Shown here in pieces: positions 30,596-40,680 of a stretch of 64,000 nt of DNA. Below the pieces are notes generated by a model. The model had not been told where the DNA came from and ran no database searches. It worked only from the letters and a program-made list of their open reading frames with translations. Each line of letters begins with the position of its first letter. The stretch's first letter is position 1. The position numbers were made by a program, and so were the translations under genes. This DNA is from a virus (taxonomy: Duplodnaviria; Caudoviricetes). The DNA is taken from the IMG/VR virus record IMGVR_UViG_3300032007_000001, one strand, 5' to 3'.

Positions 30596-31068
30596 TGGTA
30601 CACATGAATGGAGTTGAACCATTGTCACTGGTTTATCGTACCACACATGGTTATGATTTCCCATGCCGTTTATTATGCCCATCCTTGGACGAAACGTTGT
30701 GGTCTGGAACATGTCTTCACCATATTTTTCAATTGCAATAATAAGCAAGCCTATCATTACACAAAAAACTTAGGTGGCTGGTATATGTTCTCTACACATT
30801 TACCAAAATCTTACTAAAATTGCAGATGTTATATATGCCATTAAAATACGTTGTAGTATCTTTTTGCATATCATCTATGGTGCAAATTAGTATTTGGATT
30901 TAGCACGGCATACCCTAACTCTCTGCCGATTTAGCCAGCATTCACTTAAACCGTTTCCAATCTAAGTGCTCCCGTTCTCACGGATAAGACATCGTAACCA
31001 TAGTAGGATTACTAGACTTATATTAGGAAATTTTAAGACCAGCGCACTCACCGTTGTGCTACATGTGC
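30596..31068 (-). tRNA. tRNA-Ile(TAT) interrupted by group I intron (exons 31068-31035 and 30636-30596)
   Basis: Joined exons fold: GCACATG/CATGTGT acceptor, GCAC/GTGC D-stem, CTGGT-CT TAT AA-ACCAG, AATGG-TTCAACT-CCATT, ACCA. Confidence 0.85.
30637..31034 (-). mobile_element. Group I self-splicing intron, 398 nt, no homing endonuclease
   Basis: Follows U, ends in G; P/Q GCTGGCTAAATCGGC...TGCCGTGCTAA; R TGTAGAGAACATATACCAGC; S GAAGACATGTTCCA; P7 GAACA/TGTTC; P3 GCTGG/CCAGC. Confidence 0.85.
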
Positions 31069-31450
31069 GTTACAAATTATAATAAACAGAAAAATGGTTT
31101 TTGTTTTTAATTTCTTGGATAAATACAAATACTTAAATAATTTTTAGTTTCTTCGACAGTCCATGTATTTGGAAATTTATTTTTTAAGATTTCGCTGTCA
31201 CTTTTGAAAACAATTGATTTAACATCATCATTGAATTTTAGCTTAAATCCTTGTATCTTAAAAAATTGGTCAAGGAATGTTTTAACTGGCATTATCGTTA
31301 TCATTAATGTTTTACCGTCCAATCCAAAAGATACGTTGCTACAAAATATGACATTACACAACACATAAAAACAGCCAATAAAAAGTAACAAAACATAAGT
31401 TTGCAATAACTTATAAATTCCTTATAAGAAAAATCATCAAAAAAATTCAT

Positions 31451-31714
31451 CTACCTCACCACTTCAAAATATTGTTTCTGAAAGTCTTCTTTTATATTGA
31501 AAGAAGCGGCATTCAATGCCTTGACAAGGCTTTTATCGGTTTTTATATTTAAGTCAATATGTTTATTACCTTCTTTTATTTCAGCATTCTTGCCGTCTGC
31601 CAGAAGGCCAGAATACTTTCCAATCAATTGCTGAAGAGTACCTGTAACATATTTTCTAACATCGTTTTCTCTTACTTCTATAGTGAAAATTCTTTTATTA
31701 TTCAAATCAATCAC
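31451..31714 (-). CDS. Hypothetical protein
   Basis: 87-aa ORF with AAGGGTG start context. Confidence 0.55.
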   Translation of the reverse strand: MIDLNNKRIFTIEVRENDVRKYVTGTLQQLIGKYSGLLADGKNAEIKEGNKHIDLNIKTDKSLVKALNAASFNIKEDFQKQYFEVVR

Positions 31715-31757
31715 CCTTTATCTATTTTATCAAAAAAATTAGTCAAAGTACAATTGA

Positions 31758-32033
31758 TTATTTTACCCAATAATTAATTTTGATGGTTTCTCCTACATAC
31801 AAGATAAATCCTTCTTTTTCTCTTTTTGCTAAAAAAGGATTGATTTCAACAATACCATATTCGAATTCTTTTAATTCTCTTTTTGAATACGTATTTTTTT
31901 CCATGAATTCCTGTGCAATCGTACTTAATGTATCTCCATCTTGCACATCATACATTTCTGTAATCAATTGATATGCGTGACATATGTTACTAACAGCTAA
32001 GCAAATAAACAATACAAATACTTTTTTCCACAT
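31758..32033 (-). CDS. Exported LysM-domain protein
   Basis: Signal peptide MWKKVFVLFICLAVSNICHA; YDVQDGDTLSTIA...INP...LYVGETIKI. Confidence 0.8.
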   Translation of the reverse strand: MWKKVFVLFICLAVSNICHAYQLITEMYDVQDGDTLSTIAQEFMEKNTYSKRELKEFEYGIVEINPFLAKREKEGFILYVGETIKINYWVK

Positions 32034-32155
32034 TTGAAATTCCCCCTTATAGACATAGTAACATGTATTTAGAAGAATGTAAATAATGTATTGCAAAATA
32101 ATTATTTGTAATGTTTTTTATAAAATAAAAAAAAATACAAAAAGAAGGTAAAAAT

Positions 32156-33016
32156 GTGTTAATTAAACATATGAAAGAAAGAAATAAATTAACGCTCGAA
32201 CAGTATCTTAAAAAAATTAATAATATTGTTAATGTACAAACATCTCTCATGAAAATTTCATTAAATATATCAGATGATTGCAATATGAAATGTAAAATAT
32301 GTCCAAGAGGAAATGGATATATACACAAAAATAATTTACCAATGTTTATGTCATTAGATACTGTAAAATTATTTGCTTCACAACTTGGTAAAGACTGCAA
32401 AACAATATTAATTTTAGCTGGAATGGGTGAACCGACATTACATCCGCAATTAAAAGAAATAATCAATATATTACATACATATTGTCCAAAATGTAAAATA
32501 AATATGACAACAAATGGATTAAATTTGACAGATGATATTATAAATATAAATGCATTAAATGTTATAGTAATCAGTGCATATAGTCAAAAATTATTAAATG
32601 AATATATACAAAAATACGAACATATTGAAAAAATCATATTACAACCAATGTTTGAAGGAAATTATTTTAAGGAAATTAATAATAGAGCTAATAATAGTTA
32701 CTATGTATCTGAAGAAAAAATTCCAAATAATTCGCCATGCAATTTACCTTTTTGTAATTTAACATTAGACTTAAATGGAGACATATTACCGTGTTGTTTA
32801 GATTTTCAAAGAATAAGTGTTATGGGAAATATTTATAAACAAAACATTTATAATATTTGGGAAAACAATTTTAAGAATTTGAGGTTTGCTCATATTCACA
32901 AAAATAGAAAAGAAAATAAACTGTGTTGTCAATGTGACGTAATCGGAATGAAAGAATCAAATATAAATAGATTTTTTAACTTTTGGAAAAATTATTATGA
33001 AAAAAAAGAGGCCTAA
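32156..33016 (+). CDS. Radical SAM protein with SPASM/twitch domain
   Basis: CNMKCKIC, GMGEPTLHP, TTNG; C..PF......NGDILPCC.D...MGNI...C..C. Confidence 0.9.
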   Translation: MLIKHMKERNKLTLEQYLKKINNIVNVQTSLMKISLNISDDCNMKCKICPRGNGYIHKNNLPMFMSLDTVKLFASQLGKDCKTILILAGMGEPTLHPQLKEIINILHTYCPKCKINMTTNGLNLTDDIININALNVIVISAYSQKLLNEYIQKYEHIEKIILQPMFEGNYFKEINNRANNSYYVSEEKIPNNSPCNLPFCNLTLDLNGDILPCCLDFQRISVMGNIYKQNIYNIWENNFKNLRFAHIHKNRKENKLCCQCDVIGMKESNINRFFNFWKNYYEKKEA

Positions 33017-33025
33017 TGGCCTCTT

Positions 33026-33337
33026 TTATGCATTTGAATCAAATGTTGATTGTCTTATTGCTTCTAACGTAGCATTTTTTGTATATGATATTTTGTTTAC
33101 AAAACTTTCTACTGTTTTTTCTACATCTCTCATTTTTTCTGCAGTAGCCTGTTGACCAAGTTGATCTGCTTTTTCATTGCTTTGCTGGAATACAGAAGAA
33201 CCAGCTTTCGTTTCATTACCAAAATTGCTTACACTTAAATCTTCTTTTACTTCATTAGATACTTTTTTCGTTACTTGAAATCCTTGTAAATCAGTATCAT
33301 GAGCAATTGAATTAAGTCCTACATTTCCAACTAACAT
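33026..33337 (-). CDS. Hypothetical protein
   Basis: GGAGG RBS; flanked by terminator. Confidence 0.6.
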   Translation of the reverse strand: MLVGNVGLNSIAHDTDLQGFQVTKKVSNEVKEDLSVSNFGNETKAGSSVFQQSNEKADQLGQQATAEKMRDVEKTVESFVNKISYTKNATLEAIRQSTFDSNA

Positions 33338-33418
33338 ATTAATCGCCTCCATGCTTATTTGTAACTAAATATATTGTATGTAAAAAATAAAAACATGTAA
33401 GCAATTTTAGTTTACAGA

Positions 33419-33739
33419 TTAAAAACCATAATTTTTCAATATAAATGGTGCTAACTCTCTATTTATTATATCTTTTATTTTTTCCCAATTATGCAATATG
33501 CATTGATGTTTATTTTCTGCCAATATTTGTTTTTTTATAGTAAAAAATAAATCATCAAAATTAAAAGTACTTAAAACATTATAAAACATTATATTTGTTT
33601 CTAATACATATTTTGAGAATTCTAAAAAAAGAAATTTTACGCACAACTGATTGCTCAATTCCATATAAACAATTTGTATATATTTTAAATTTAATCCTTT
33701 ATATTCATAATCATTTTTTATTTCAATCGTTTTGAACAT
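33419..33739 (-). CDS. C-terminal GL family protein
   Basis: Ends LKNYGF*. Confidence 0.7.
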   Translation of the reverse strand: MFKTIEIKNDYEYKGLNLKYIQIVYMELSNQLCVKFLFLEFSKYVLETNIMFYNVLSTFNFDDLFFTIKKQILAENKHQCILHNWEKIKDIINRELAPFILKNYGF

Positions 33740-33748
33740 TTTATATCC

Positions 33749-34126
33749 TCAATATCCAAATTCTTTTGCTAATAATTTTCTAAAAATATCTATTCCTATC
33801 ATTAAATCTGTAATTGGAACATTTGATTGTTGTTGATAAAATTCCATTTTTAAGTCTTTAATATTAAAAGTATAAGCATGTCTAAAAGATTTTTCCAATA
33901 CATCATTAACATTTATTAACTGAAACATACCAATCATATCATTAGTAACAATATGTTTTACATAACAATAAATTGAAATGTAACGTTTTAGTATATGAGA
34001 AACGACTGGTTCTTCTATATAAACAATCAAAAATTGAAATTCATAAATATGATTTACAAAAACATACTTTTTTTCTTTTTTGTTTTTTAATATTTTTAAC
34101 ATGAAATCAAACACGTCATACACCAA
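33749..34126 (-). CDS. C-terminal GL family protein
   Basis: Ends AKEFGY*. Confidence 0.68.
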   Translation of the reverse strand: MVYDVFDFMLKILKNKKEKKYVFVNHIYEFQFLIVYIEEPVVSHILKRYISIYCYVKHIVTNDMIGMFQLINVNDVLEKSFRHAYTFNIKDLKMEFYQQQSNVPITDLMIGIDIFRKLLAKEFGY

Positions 34127-34448
34127 TTTTCAATAAAAGTATATTTTTTAATTCTTTCAAAACATCTAAAAATTTTTCAAAATCTATTTCTGCTAATTCT
34201 TGTTTATCATGGTCTGGAGATTGATACATATATAAAATATCGTTTTGTTTTAATGAATCTTCAAGCAAATGTTTATAAAGCTTAAATACAGAAATATTTT
34301 CTTGCATATAGTCGTTCACACATATATATTCTGCATAAACCAATTCGTCTTTATCTACGTTGTATTCTAATGAAAAAGTCGATTTTAAGTACTTAAAATC
34401 GACTTTAATTTCAAATGCTGGAGTAAAACCAGAAATTGATATTATCAT
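34116..34448 (-). CDS. C-terminal GL family protein
   Basis: Ends LLKIGV*. Confidence 0.68.
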   Translation of the reverse strand: MIISISGFTPAFEIKVDFKYLKSTFSLEYNVDKDELVYAEYICVNDYMQENISVFKLYKHLLEDSLKQNDILYMYQSPDHDKQELAEIDFEKFLDVLKELKNILLLKIGV

Positions 34449-34450
34449 TT

Positions 34451-35650
34451 TTATCCTTTCAATTCGACCAATGCATAGATAGTAACCTGTGCAGGGTCAT
34501 ATACTATATATTCATTATTAATAAGGTCAGCACCTTTATGTGCAAATACGCTATCATAATGTCCCATATCTTCCAATTTCTTCTTGTTCAAATTATAACA
34601 CGAAGAATCGTGTTTGTAAATATTCTTATATTTTCCAACCCTTACAGAAAATACAGCCATAAAAGCATTATTAGAATTTCCTCTTGCCCAATAGCTCCCA
34701 TTTGCAGAAGTATATCCATAACTTTTTTTAGCTCTATCAGCGAAATAAACACCTGTTCCAAACATAGCACCACATGTTGTTACTCCAGAAGGCCTGATAA
34801 GCATTCCATTCTTAAGAATCGAAAGCCAATTTTCGTTTCTGCTGCCGTGCCAAAACTTCATTTCAGTACGATGCAAATCATTAATTTGTTTTTTACTATC
34901 TTTTGCATAACGGTCTTGTGTAGATTTATTTTCAACGTACCAGCAATTTACATACTTATCTTTAATATCTCCAAGCATTGAAATAACTTCGTCTTTCAAT
35001 GCTTTATCACATTCTTTCATTGTAATGCCAAGAGAGTCGAGAATTGAATCGTTGTTAGAAATAGGAGTAGAAGTATTCATATAAACCTTGGTTGACATAA
35101 CATCAAGAAGGTCTGATTCGCGTTTCAAAATCTTTGCAAAATCATTTGTGCTTTCAGCAAGATAATACTGTACCTTTTTCATTTTACGAGGAATAATGGA
35201 AAACAAATCGATAAGTGCAGTATTAAAAGTATTTACATTGTATTTTTTCAAATCAGCCATTTCGTCCAATATCGTTCTCGCTTCATCTACCATGGCCTGA
35301 GTGACTTGATTATCCTTTACCTTATAGTTATCAACCAATGTCTTGTTTGCATATCCTTGAAGGCGGAAAATAACATCTGCAATGGACTTAGATTTGATAT
35401 CAGCAAATGTATTGCTAACCGAAACGTTGTCTACCAAATCTTCAATGAGATGAGATTTGTCAACGTATCCTTTTTTGATTTTGGAACGATAAATCTTGTC
35501 CCATTCATTGATAGGCTTAGAAAGAGTTGTACAAGTTGCACCAATACGACCATATTTAATTGTAAATGTATTTCCATTCGGAATCATATCATAAAATTTG
35601 TTATGATTATCAGCAGATACAAACACCAAATGTACAGGTTTCATTATCAT
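34451..35650 (-). CDS. PARP-like ADP-ribosyltransferase (WGR + helical regulatory + catalytic domains)
   Basis: HNKFY.M...YGRIG...KIKKGY (WGR); LFSIIP helical region; H-Y-E triad FWHGS, GVYFA, NEYIVY. Confidence 0.9.
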   Translation of the reverse strand: MIMKPVHLVFVSADNHNKFYDMIPNGNTFTIKYGRIGATCTTLSKPINEWDKIYRSKIKKGYVDKSHLIEDLVDNVSVSNTFADIKSKSIADVIFRLQGYANKTLVDNYKVKDNQVTQAMVDEARTILDEMADLKKYNVNTFNTALIDLFSIIPRKMKKVQYYLAESTNDFAKILKRESDLLDVMSTKVYMNTSTPISNNDSILDSLGITMKECDKALKDEVISMLGDIKDKYVNCWYVENKSTQDRYAKDSKKQINDLHRTEMKFWHGSRNENWLSILKNGMLIRPSGVTTCGAMFGTGVYFADRAKKSYGYTSANGSYWARGNSNNAFMAVFSVRVGKYKNIYKHDSSCYNLNKKKLEDMGHYDSVFAHKGADLINNEYIVYDPAQVTIYALVELKG

Positions 35651-35672
35651 ACAACTCCTTTCGTTTGATATA

Positions 35673-35701
35673 ATTATACCATAAAACTCAAAAAATGTAA
35701 A
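35673..35701 (-). promoter_or_regulatory. sigmaA-type promoter of PARP operon
   Basis: TTTACA-N17-TATAAT with TGG. Confidence 0.8.
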
Positions 35702-35750
35702 TAGTTTTTATACAAAAAAGAAGCCATAATTGGCTTCTTTTTATAACATT

Positions 35751-36056
35751 TTATTCTCCAATCATTACTTTACATTCTTTTGTTCTTAAAAGTTTATATA
35801 AACAATTGTATACTTTCGTTGATGCAAATTCTATCATTAAATCATTTATCCCTTCTTTTGTAAAATCAAAATTTTTATGAAAATGGAAAATAAAATCTCT
35901 TTCATTTAAGTATAAGTACTCAATTTGCAAATGCACATTACAATCCATATTTTTACGATGTAAAGCTATCATAACATGATATTTTCCATCTTCAAAATTT
36001 TCAGAAATTTTCAATAATTTTGTTTTTCTTGAAATATTAAACGTTGTTATTTTCAT
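35751..36056 (-). CDS. C-terminal GL family protein (GE variant)
   Basis: Ends KVMIGE*. Confidence 0.65.
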   Translation of the reverse strand: MKITTFNISRKTKLLKISENFEDGKYHVMIALHRKNMDCNVHLQIEYLYLNERDFIFHFHKNFDFTKEGINDLMIEFASTKVYNCLYKLLRTKECKVMIGE

Positions 36057-36373
36057 AATCCAATTCTCTTTAGTGCTTTTTCACAAAGAAAGTTCTTCAC
36101 ATTTTTTACAACGTTACTAAATTTGTTATTTATTAGATACATTTCAAATCCATATCTACTATAATCACAATATATTAATGCTCTTTTTACTTCCATTTTT
36201 ATTCTTTTATCGTTATCTATATCATATACGTTCAAAGATATTTTTCCAGAAGTTTTATTGCTTTTATTCATATTCGAAAAAGCTTCATATGCAAAAAAAT
36301 CATCATATACATATTTGTTTTCATAATATTTACATTTCATTGTAAAATCTTTTTCTACAAATTTCGTGCTCAT
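36053..36373 (-). CDS. C-terminal GL family protein
   Basis: Ends LKRIGL*. Confidence 0.7.
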   Translation of the reverse strand: MSTKFVEKDFTMKCKYYENKYVYDDFFAYEAFSNMNKSNKTSGKISLNVYDIDNDKRIKMEVKRALIYCDYSRYGFEMYLINNKFSNVVKNVKNFLCEKALKRIGL

Positions 36374-36648
36374 ATTTTTTCCTCATCAATATAAAATTTT
36401 TCATTTTTTTGAAATACTTTCCTATCTTTAAGTTGTTGCGGCTTTTCAATAATCAAATCATAATCCGTTCCAAAATCGTGATTTTCACAATAAATAGCCA
36501 TGCAATCCAATGGACCATCATTTGATTTTTTATATGAACTGTGTGTTTCTTTGCCAGATTTTCCAATTTGATGAATAACGCTATACTGCATTAATCTATC
36601 AGTATAAAGTTTTCCACCGCATACAGGACATTTATTAAGAAGAATCAT
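36370..36648 (-). CDS. Zn-ribbon hypothetical protein
   Basis: CPVCGG...C..H; AAGGAG RBS after promoter. Confidence 0.65.
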   Translation of the reverse strand: MILLNKCPVCGGKLYTDRLMQYSVIHQIGKSGKETHSSYKKSNDGPLDCMAIYCENHDFGTDYDLIIEKPQQLKDRKVFQKNEKFYIDEEKI

Positions 36649-36742
36649 AATATTCGTCTCCTTATATTTTTTGTAATTATACCATAAAAACAAATATGTG
36701 TAAATAATTTTATACAAAAATAGAGAGGATTTAATCCTCTCT

Positions 36743-37033
36743 TTATAGTCCAGTTATAACTATATACTTTTCCAATGGATATAGACATTTCATATTTTTT
36801 ACAATATCTTTCATTATCTTTTCTTTTTCAAAACCAATAAATTTTTCGTTATAACATTTTATAAATTTATTTTCATCAAATGTTTTGTTCCAATAATCTA
36901 TTAATGAACAATCCAAAGCAAAACCTTCACCAGACGAAATATTCAAATGCAAATCAAAAATCCAAGAAAAATCTCTTAAAGTAAAAAACGTATCTCTTCC
37001 ATTGATTTTACATTCTTTGAAAAGTATAAGCAT
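36743..37033 (-). CDS. C-terminal GL family protein (YPL subfamily)
   Basis: Ends LYPLEKYIVITGL*. Confidence 0.7.
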   Translation of the reverse strand: MLILFKECKINGRDTFFTLRDFSWIFDLHLNISSGEGFALDCSLIDYWNKTFDENKFIKCYNEKFIGFEKEKIMKDIVKNMKCLYPLEKYIVITGL

Positions 37034-37371
37034 TATAATCCACAAACCTTTAATGCGACGTTATTTACCAAAAAATCAGTTATGATTTTCGAAACATCAA
37101 AAACGCAATTTCCTCTAATTTCATTTAATAAATCTCTATTGTGTTTTTTAAGTGAAAATGTATCAAACAATAAAAAACTTTTTGTGATTCTATTATTCAA
37201 TTCGTTTTTTTTCCAATTCATTACATGTGAAATGTGTATAACATGATTTATTTTTCTTTTATCTTTTAATGATTTTATAGTATAAAACAAACTTTCATTA
37301 TATATTGTTTCGTTTGTAAATATCATTTTTATTTTCATATTTTTAAGCGTATCAGTTTTTTTGAATTTCAT
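37033..37371 (-). CDS. C-terminal GL family protein
   Basis: Ends LKVCGL*. Confidence 0.7.
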   Translation of the reverse strand: MKFKKTDTLKNMKIKMIFTNETIYNESLFYTIKSLKDKRKINHVIHISHVMNWKKNELNNRITKSFLLFDTFSLKKHNRDLLNEIRGNCVFDVSKIITDFLVNNVALKVCGL

Positions 37372-37980
37372 TTACAAACATCCTCTTATTATATGTCTAT
37401 CAAACAAATTTCCAAATTGTTTTTTGTTAAACAAATTTTTTGACATTGTATATAGTGTCTTTTCATTTACACACAAAGGAATATAACGATAATCTTTATT
37501 AATCAATGCTTTGATATATTCGTCTTTTATATTGAATCGATTTCTATTATACATATAAAAATGAACTTCAGATGTCTGTATAAAAAAATACATACGTTCG
37601 AAATACCAAAAATTGTCTCTATTTAATATATCTTCCAATGTATGTGTTTTCCAAAACAAATCTATTATTTTTTCATTGCAAAATCCAATATTTATTTTAT
37701 TATTATCTACCCATTCATCATAATACATACATAATCTTATAGCTTGACGTGGATTATACCACCATGAACGCACTTTCCCATTTTTCTTTACAATCATATA
37801 ATCTATATCAATTCCATGAAGTATTGACAATCGAACTATAGACGTATTGTTTACATATTTTGTAAGTCTCCATACTTTTAAGTCTATATATTTCCCAGAT
37901 TTATAGCCAAGATTATTTAAGTATTTTTTTACTTGTTCTGAAGTATATAATTGTTTTTCATTAACATCTATATAATTCAT
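37372..37980 (-). CDS. ~205-aa 'MNY' paralog family member 3
   Basis: Paralog of 10167 and 16121; ends IIRGCL*. Confidence 0.75.
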   Translation of the reverse strand: MNYIDVNEKQLYTSEQVKKYLNNLGYKSGKYIDLKVWRLTKYVNNTSIVRLSILHGIDIDYMIVKKNGKVRSWWYNPRQAIRLCMYYDEWVDNNKINIGFCNEKIIDLFWKTHTLEDILNRDNFWYFERMYFFIQTSEVHFYMYNRNRFNIKDEYIKALINKDYRYIPLCVNEKTLYTMSKNLFNKKQFGNLFDRHIIRGCL

Positions 37981-37989
37981 TCAATTTCC

Positions 37990-38208
37990 TCACAATCCAT
38001 ATTTTAATGTAAACTTTTTGAATCTCTTAGAATGTCTTAAATATCTTATTGCATAAAATGTTTTGCAAGAAGTAAAACTTTTTTCAATGATTTGGTACTG
38101 ATATTTTGTAGCTAAACTATCTATATACCAATAATCATATTTTGTCCAATGTTCTTTTCTATTCAATGTTTCAATGGCTTCACTTAAAATCATTTTATCA
38201 CAACCCAT
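37990..38208 (-). CDS. C-terminal GL family protein
   Basis: Ends TLKYGL*. Confidence 0.65.
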   Translation of the reverse strand: MGCDKMILSEAIETLNRKEHWTKYDYWYIDSLATKYQYQIIEKSFTSCKTFYAIRYLRHSKRFKKFTLKYGL

Positions 38209-38544
38209 TATTCAATAAAAATTTACAAATTCTTTTTTTTCTTTTCAGTGTTTTCATATTGCTTTTTGTATTTCTAAATTTTCTACACATTGAAAAAGCA
38301 TTTTCAAATTCAAATACCTTCATATTCATAATGAACTTTAACGTTTTCATATTTTATCCTCTAAATGAATAACACATTGGAAACAATACAAAAATGAACA
38401 AAAACAAATAGAACATCGATATGCAAACAATCTCAGCTATTTTGTCATTCATTTTATGTTCTCCATACATTTTTATTTGATTATACCATAATTCGAAATT
38501 CATGTAAAAAAATTTTTATAAATCAAATATCGAAAAAACTTCAA

Positions 38545-38629
38545 ATTTTTATCTCGTGATGTGAGGGTCATTAGTACATTTTTCTGGATAAAATCAATGT
38601 TTTTTTCGTGCGTCACAAAACTGCACGCT
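38545..38629 (-). repeat. Dispersed ~90-bp intergenic element, copy B
   Basis: AGCGTGCAGTTTT...ACTAATGACCCTCACATCACGAGATAAAA on minus strand. Confidence 0.8.
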
Positions 38630-38711
38630 GAAAGTAGAAAAGCCATGACATCCTTGTCATGGCTTTTCTGACGCTATCACAAACCCCTTGCAGAAAGGTG
38701 CGTGACCAAAA

Positions 38712-40616
38712 TTATTTAATAAAATCCAAGAAAATATCTTTAGTTACTTGTTTTGGGTCAAGTACTATATCCCATTCTTCGTCATCTTCTTTTTCAAATT
38801 TAGCTCCGGCCATCTTAAGAACATCATTTAACTTAAGACAACTATTTACCATAGTACGCATAGCCGAATTTGCATATTTTGCTTTTTCTCCATACGATGC
38901 AGCAATTGATTTACTAATAGAAGAAGATGAGAAATAGAATACTTTCTTTTCTGGGGCAGATACATCTAAGAATCCAAGACTCATACCATTCTTTTCTATA
39001 TAATTATCAATGCAGAACTTCATTGTATGAGAATCAATAAGATAGTTTTTGTCTACTCTATCTTTTTCACATTCATCAACGATAAACTTAAAGTCTACGT
39101 GATGTGGTCCGCTATAAATATTAAGAGTGAATGAAATAAGTTCATCATCAACGACGTTATCATTAAGATAATAAGCTTCAGTAGCACCATTAGGAGCTGG
39201 TGCGTCAGTCATATCTCCAGTAAATAATACTTCTCTATTATTACGTTCGTTTTTATAATTGGACCCATAATTATACCATGATACATCATATTTTTCAGAC
39301 TTCATATGCAAATCTAAGTCTGTACGATATCCATTAGTATTTAGCCAATGAACACCAAGTACAACAGTAGGAGGCAATATTATAGAAGAATTGAAAGGAA
39401 TATTATTCCAAAACATCTTTTCAGATGTAGGCATAGCATAAACAAAATTATTCGGAATAAAAATCTTCTTTCCTTCTACATTCTTACGAACAGTATCAAC
39501 GATATTCTTCATAATGACATGAAGCACATCATCACTCACGTTAAAGTCATTTTTATATTCTTCTACATAAGCCAACCCATTCCTTATAAGATAAATGATA
39601 TGTTCTGGGTCATTCCTACGGAAAAGAATACTGTTTGCAAGAGAAATGCGTTTGAAAATTGTAACGTTTTCAAGTTCTTTCTCAAGTTCGTTAATATCAA
39701 CATCCTTATGCGTTACGATATCAAGAATTTTTTCTTTCTTCGGCTTATGGTATTTGTCTGCAATACGATTAATCTGATTAATAAAAGTGCAGAATTGACG
39801 ATTCCCATTAGCACTATGCTTAAAAGCAAGGAAAATCTTTTTATAGCGATGGAAAATAGAAGCGAGTTTTGTAATCTTTATCTTATAGAAATCATCAAAA
39901 TTAACGTTTGCACTATAAGAAATAGCTCTAAAAGTAGCATCGTTTTGAATAAGCATGGTGCTTTTAGTAGCCTTATAAACCTCATACTTCAAAAATTCCT
40001 CTGCATTTTGAGGAACAGTATTATAGTAGTCATACATCTTGAGACGCATTTCTTTATTTTTAACATTGTCAACGTCTCTACTAAAATCAATTTTATTATA
40101 GTTGATAATTGTAAATAACTCTTCGACTGTTTTGCTATTCAATGCCATACCAGAATAAAGCATTTTACGAACACGTTCTTCTATATTCTCGTTTGAGATA
40201 TAATTAATGATAGTTACTTGAAAAGGAGAATCGTCTTCTGGCAATTGAAGCACTTCATTTGGGATATAAACACTATCTTTATCATAAATACCAAGACTTT
40301 CAAACCCATAGGTTGTAAAATAATGAAGAATCTGGTCGCGAATCCATTCTTCTACTGATTTATCGGCTACAGAATGAAAAGATTTGTAGAAACCATTATT
40401 AAGCGCTTCCAAATCATAGCCATACATATCAATCACAGATGATTTAATATCATCTTTTGAATTAATATCAAAATGACTATATGCTTCGTCAGTAATGAAT
40501 ACACCATTTGAAATTTCATCATGTTTTATGTTGGAAATATCCATTTTGCCAAGGTGTGGGATTGCTTTAAAAAGATGGAGTACTGCTTTGAAATATTCTT
40601 GAGTTTTGGTATTCAT
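38712..40616 (-). CDS. Large protein with C-terminal TerD-like domain
   Basis: AAAGGAG RBS; QILHYFTTYG N-terminal motif; GVHW...RTDLDLH...FTGDMTDAP.PNGATEAYY TerD-like signature. Confidence 0.7.
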   Translation of the reverse strand: MNTKTQEYFKAVLHLFKAIPHLGKMDISNIKHDEISNGVFITDEAYSHFDINSKDDIKSSVIDMYGYDLEALNNGFYKSFHSVADKSVEEWIRDQILHYFTTYGFESLGIYDKDSVYIPNEVLQLPEDDSPFQVTIINYISNENIEERVRKMLYSGMALNSKTVEELFTIINYNKIDFSRDVDNVKNKEMRLKMYDYYNTVPQNAEEFLKYEVYKATKSTMLIQNDATFRAISYSANVNFDDFYKIKITKLASIFHRYKKIFLAFKHSANGNRQFCTFINQINRIADKYHKPKKEKILDIVTHKDVDINELEKELENVTIFKRISLANSILFRRNDPEHIIYLIRNGLAYVEEYKNDFNVSDDVLHVIMKNIVDTVRKNVEGKKIFIPNNFVYAMPTSEKMFWNNIPFNSSIILPPTVVLGVHWLNTNGYRTDLDLHMKSEKYDVSWYNYGSNYKNERNNREVLFTGDMTDAPAPNGATEAYYLNDNVVDDELISFTLNIYSGPHHVDFKFIVDECEKDRVDKNYLIDSHTMKFCIDNYIEKNGMSLGFLDVSAPEKKVFYFSSSSISKSIAASYGEKAKYANSAMRTMVNSCLKLNDVLKMAGAKFEKEDDEEWDIVLDPKQVTKDIFLDFIK

Positions 40617-40645
40617 AATTGACATTCTCCTTTCAAAAACGAGAA

Positions 40646-40680
40646 AACAAAAAGCTATCATTTCTTGAAAACGATAGCCC
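40646..40680 (-). terminator. Terminator-like hairpin between RNA repeat array and TerD-like gene
   Basis: GCTATCGTTT-TCAAG-AAATGATAGC followed by TTTTT. Confidence 0.6.

Noticed and set aside
30544-30817. Short ORFs as an intron homing endonuclease
   Set aside because: Under 70 aa, overlap intron core elements, and no HNH, GIY-YIG or LAGLIDADG motif
39348-40118. Long antisense ORFs (also 34436..34981, 48919..49527, 20754..21071)
   Set aside because: Opposite well-supported genes, with no RBS or motifs; typical antisense shadows
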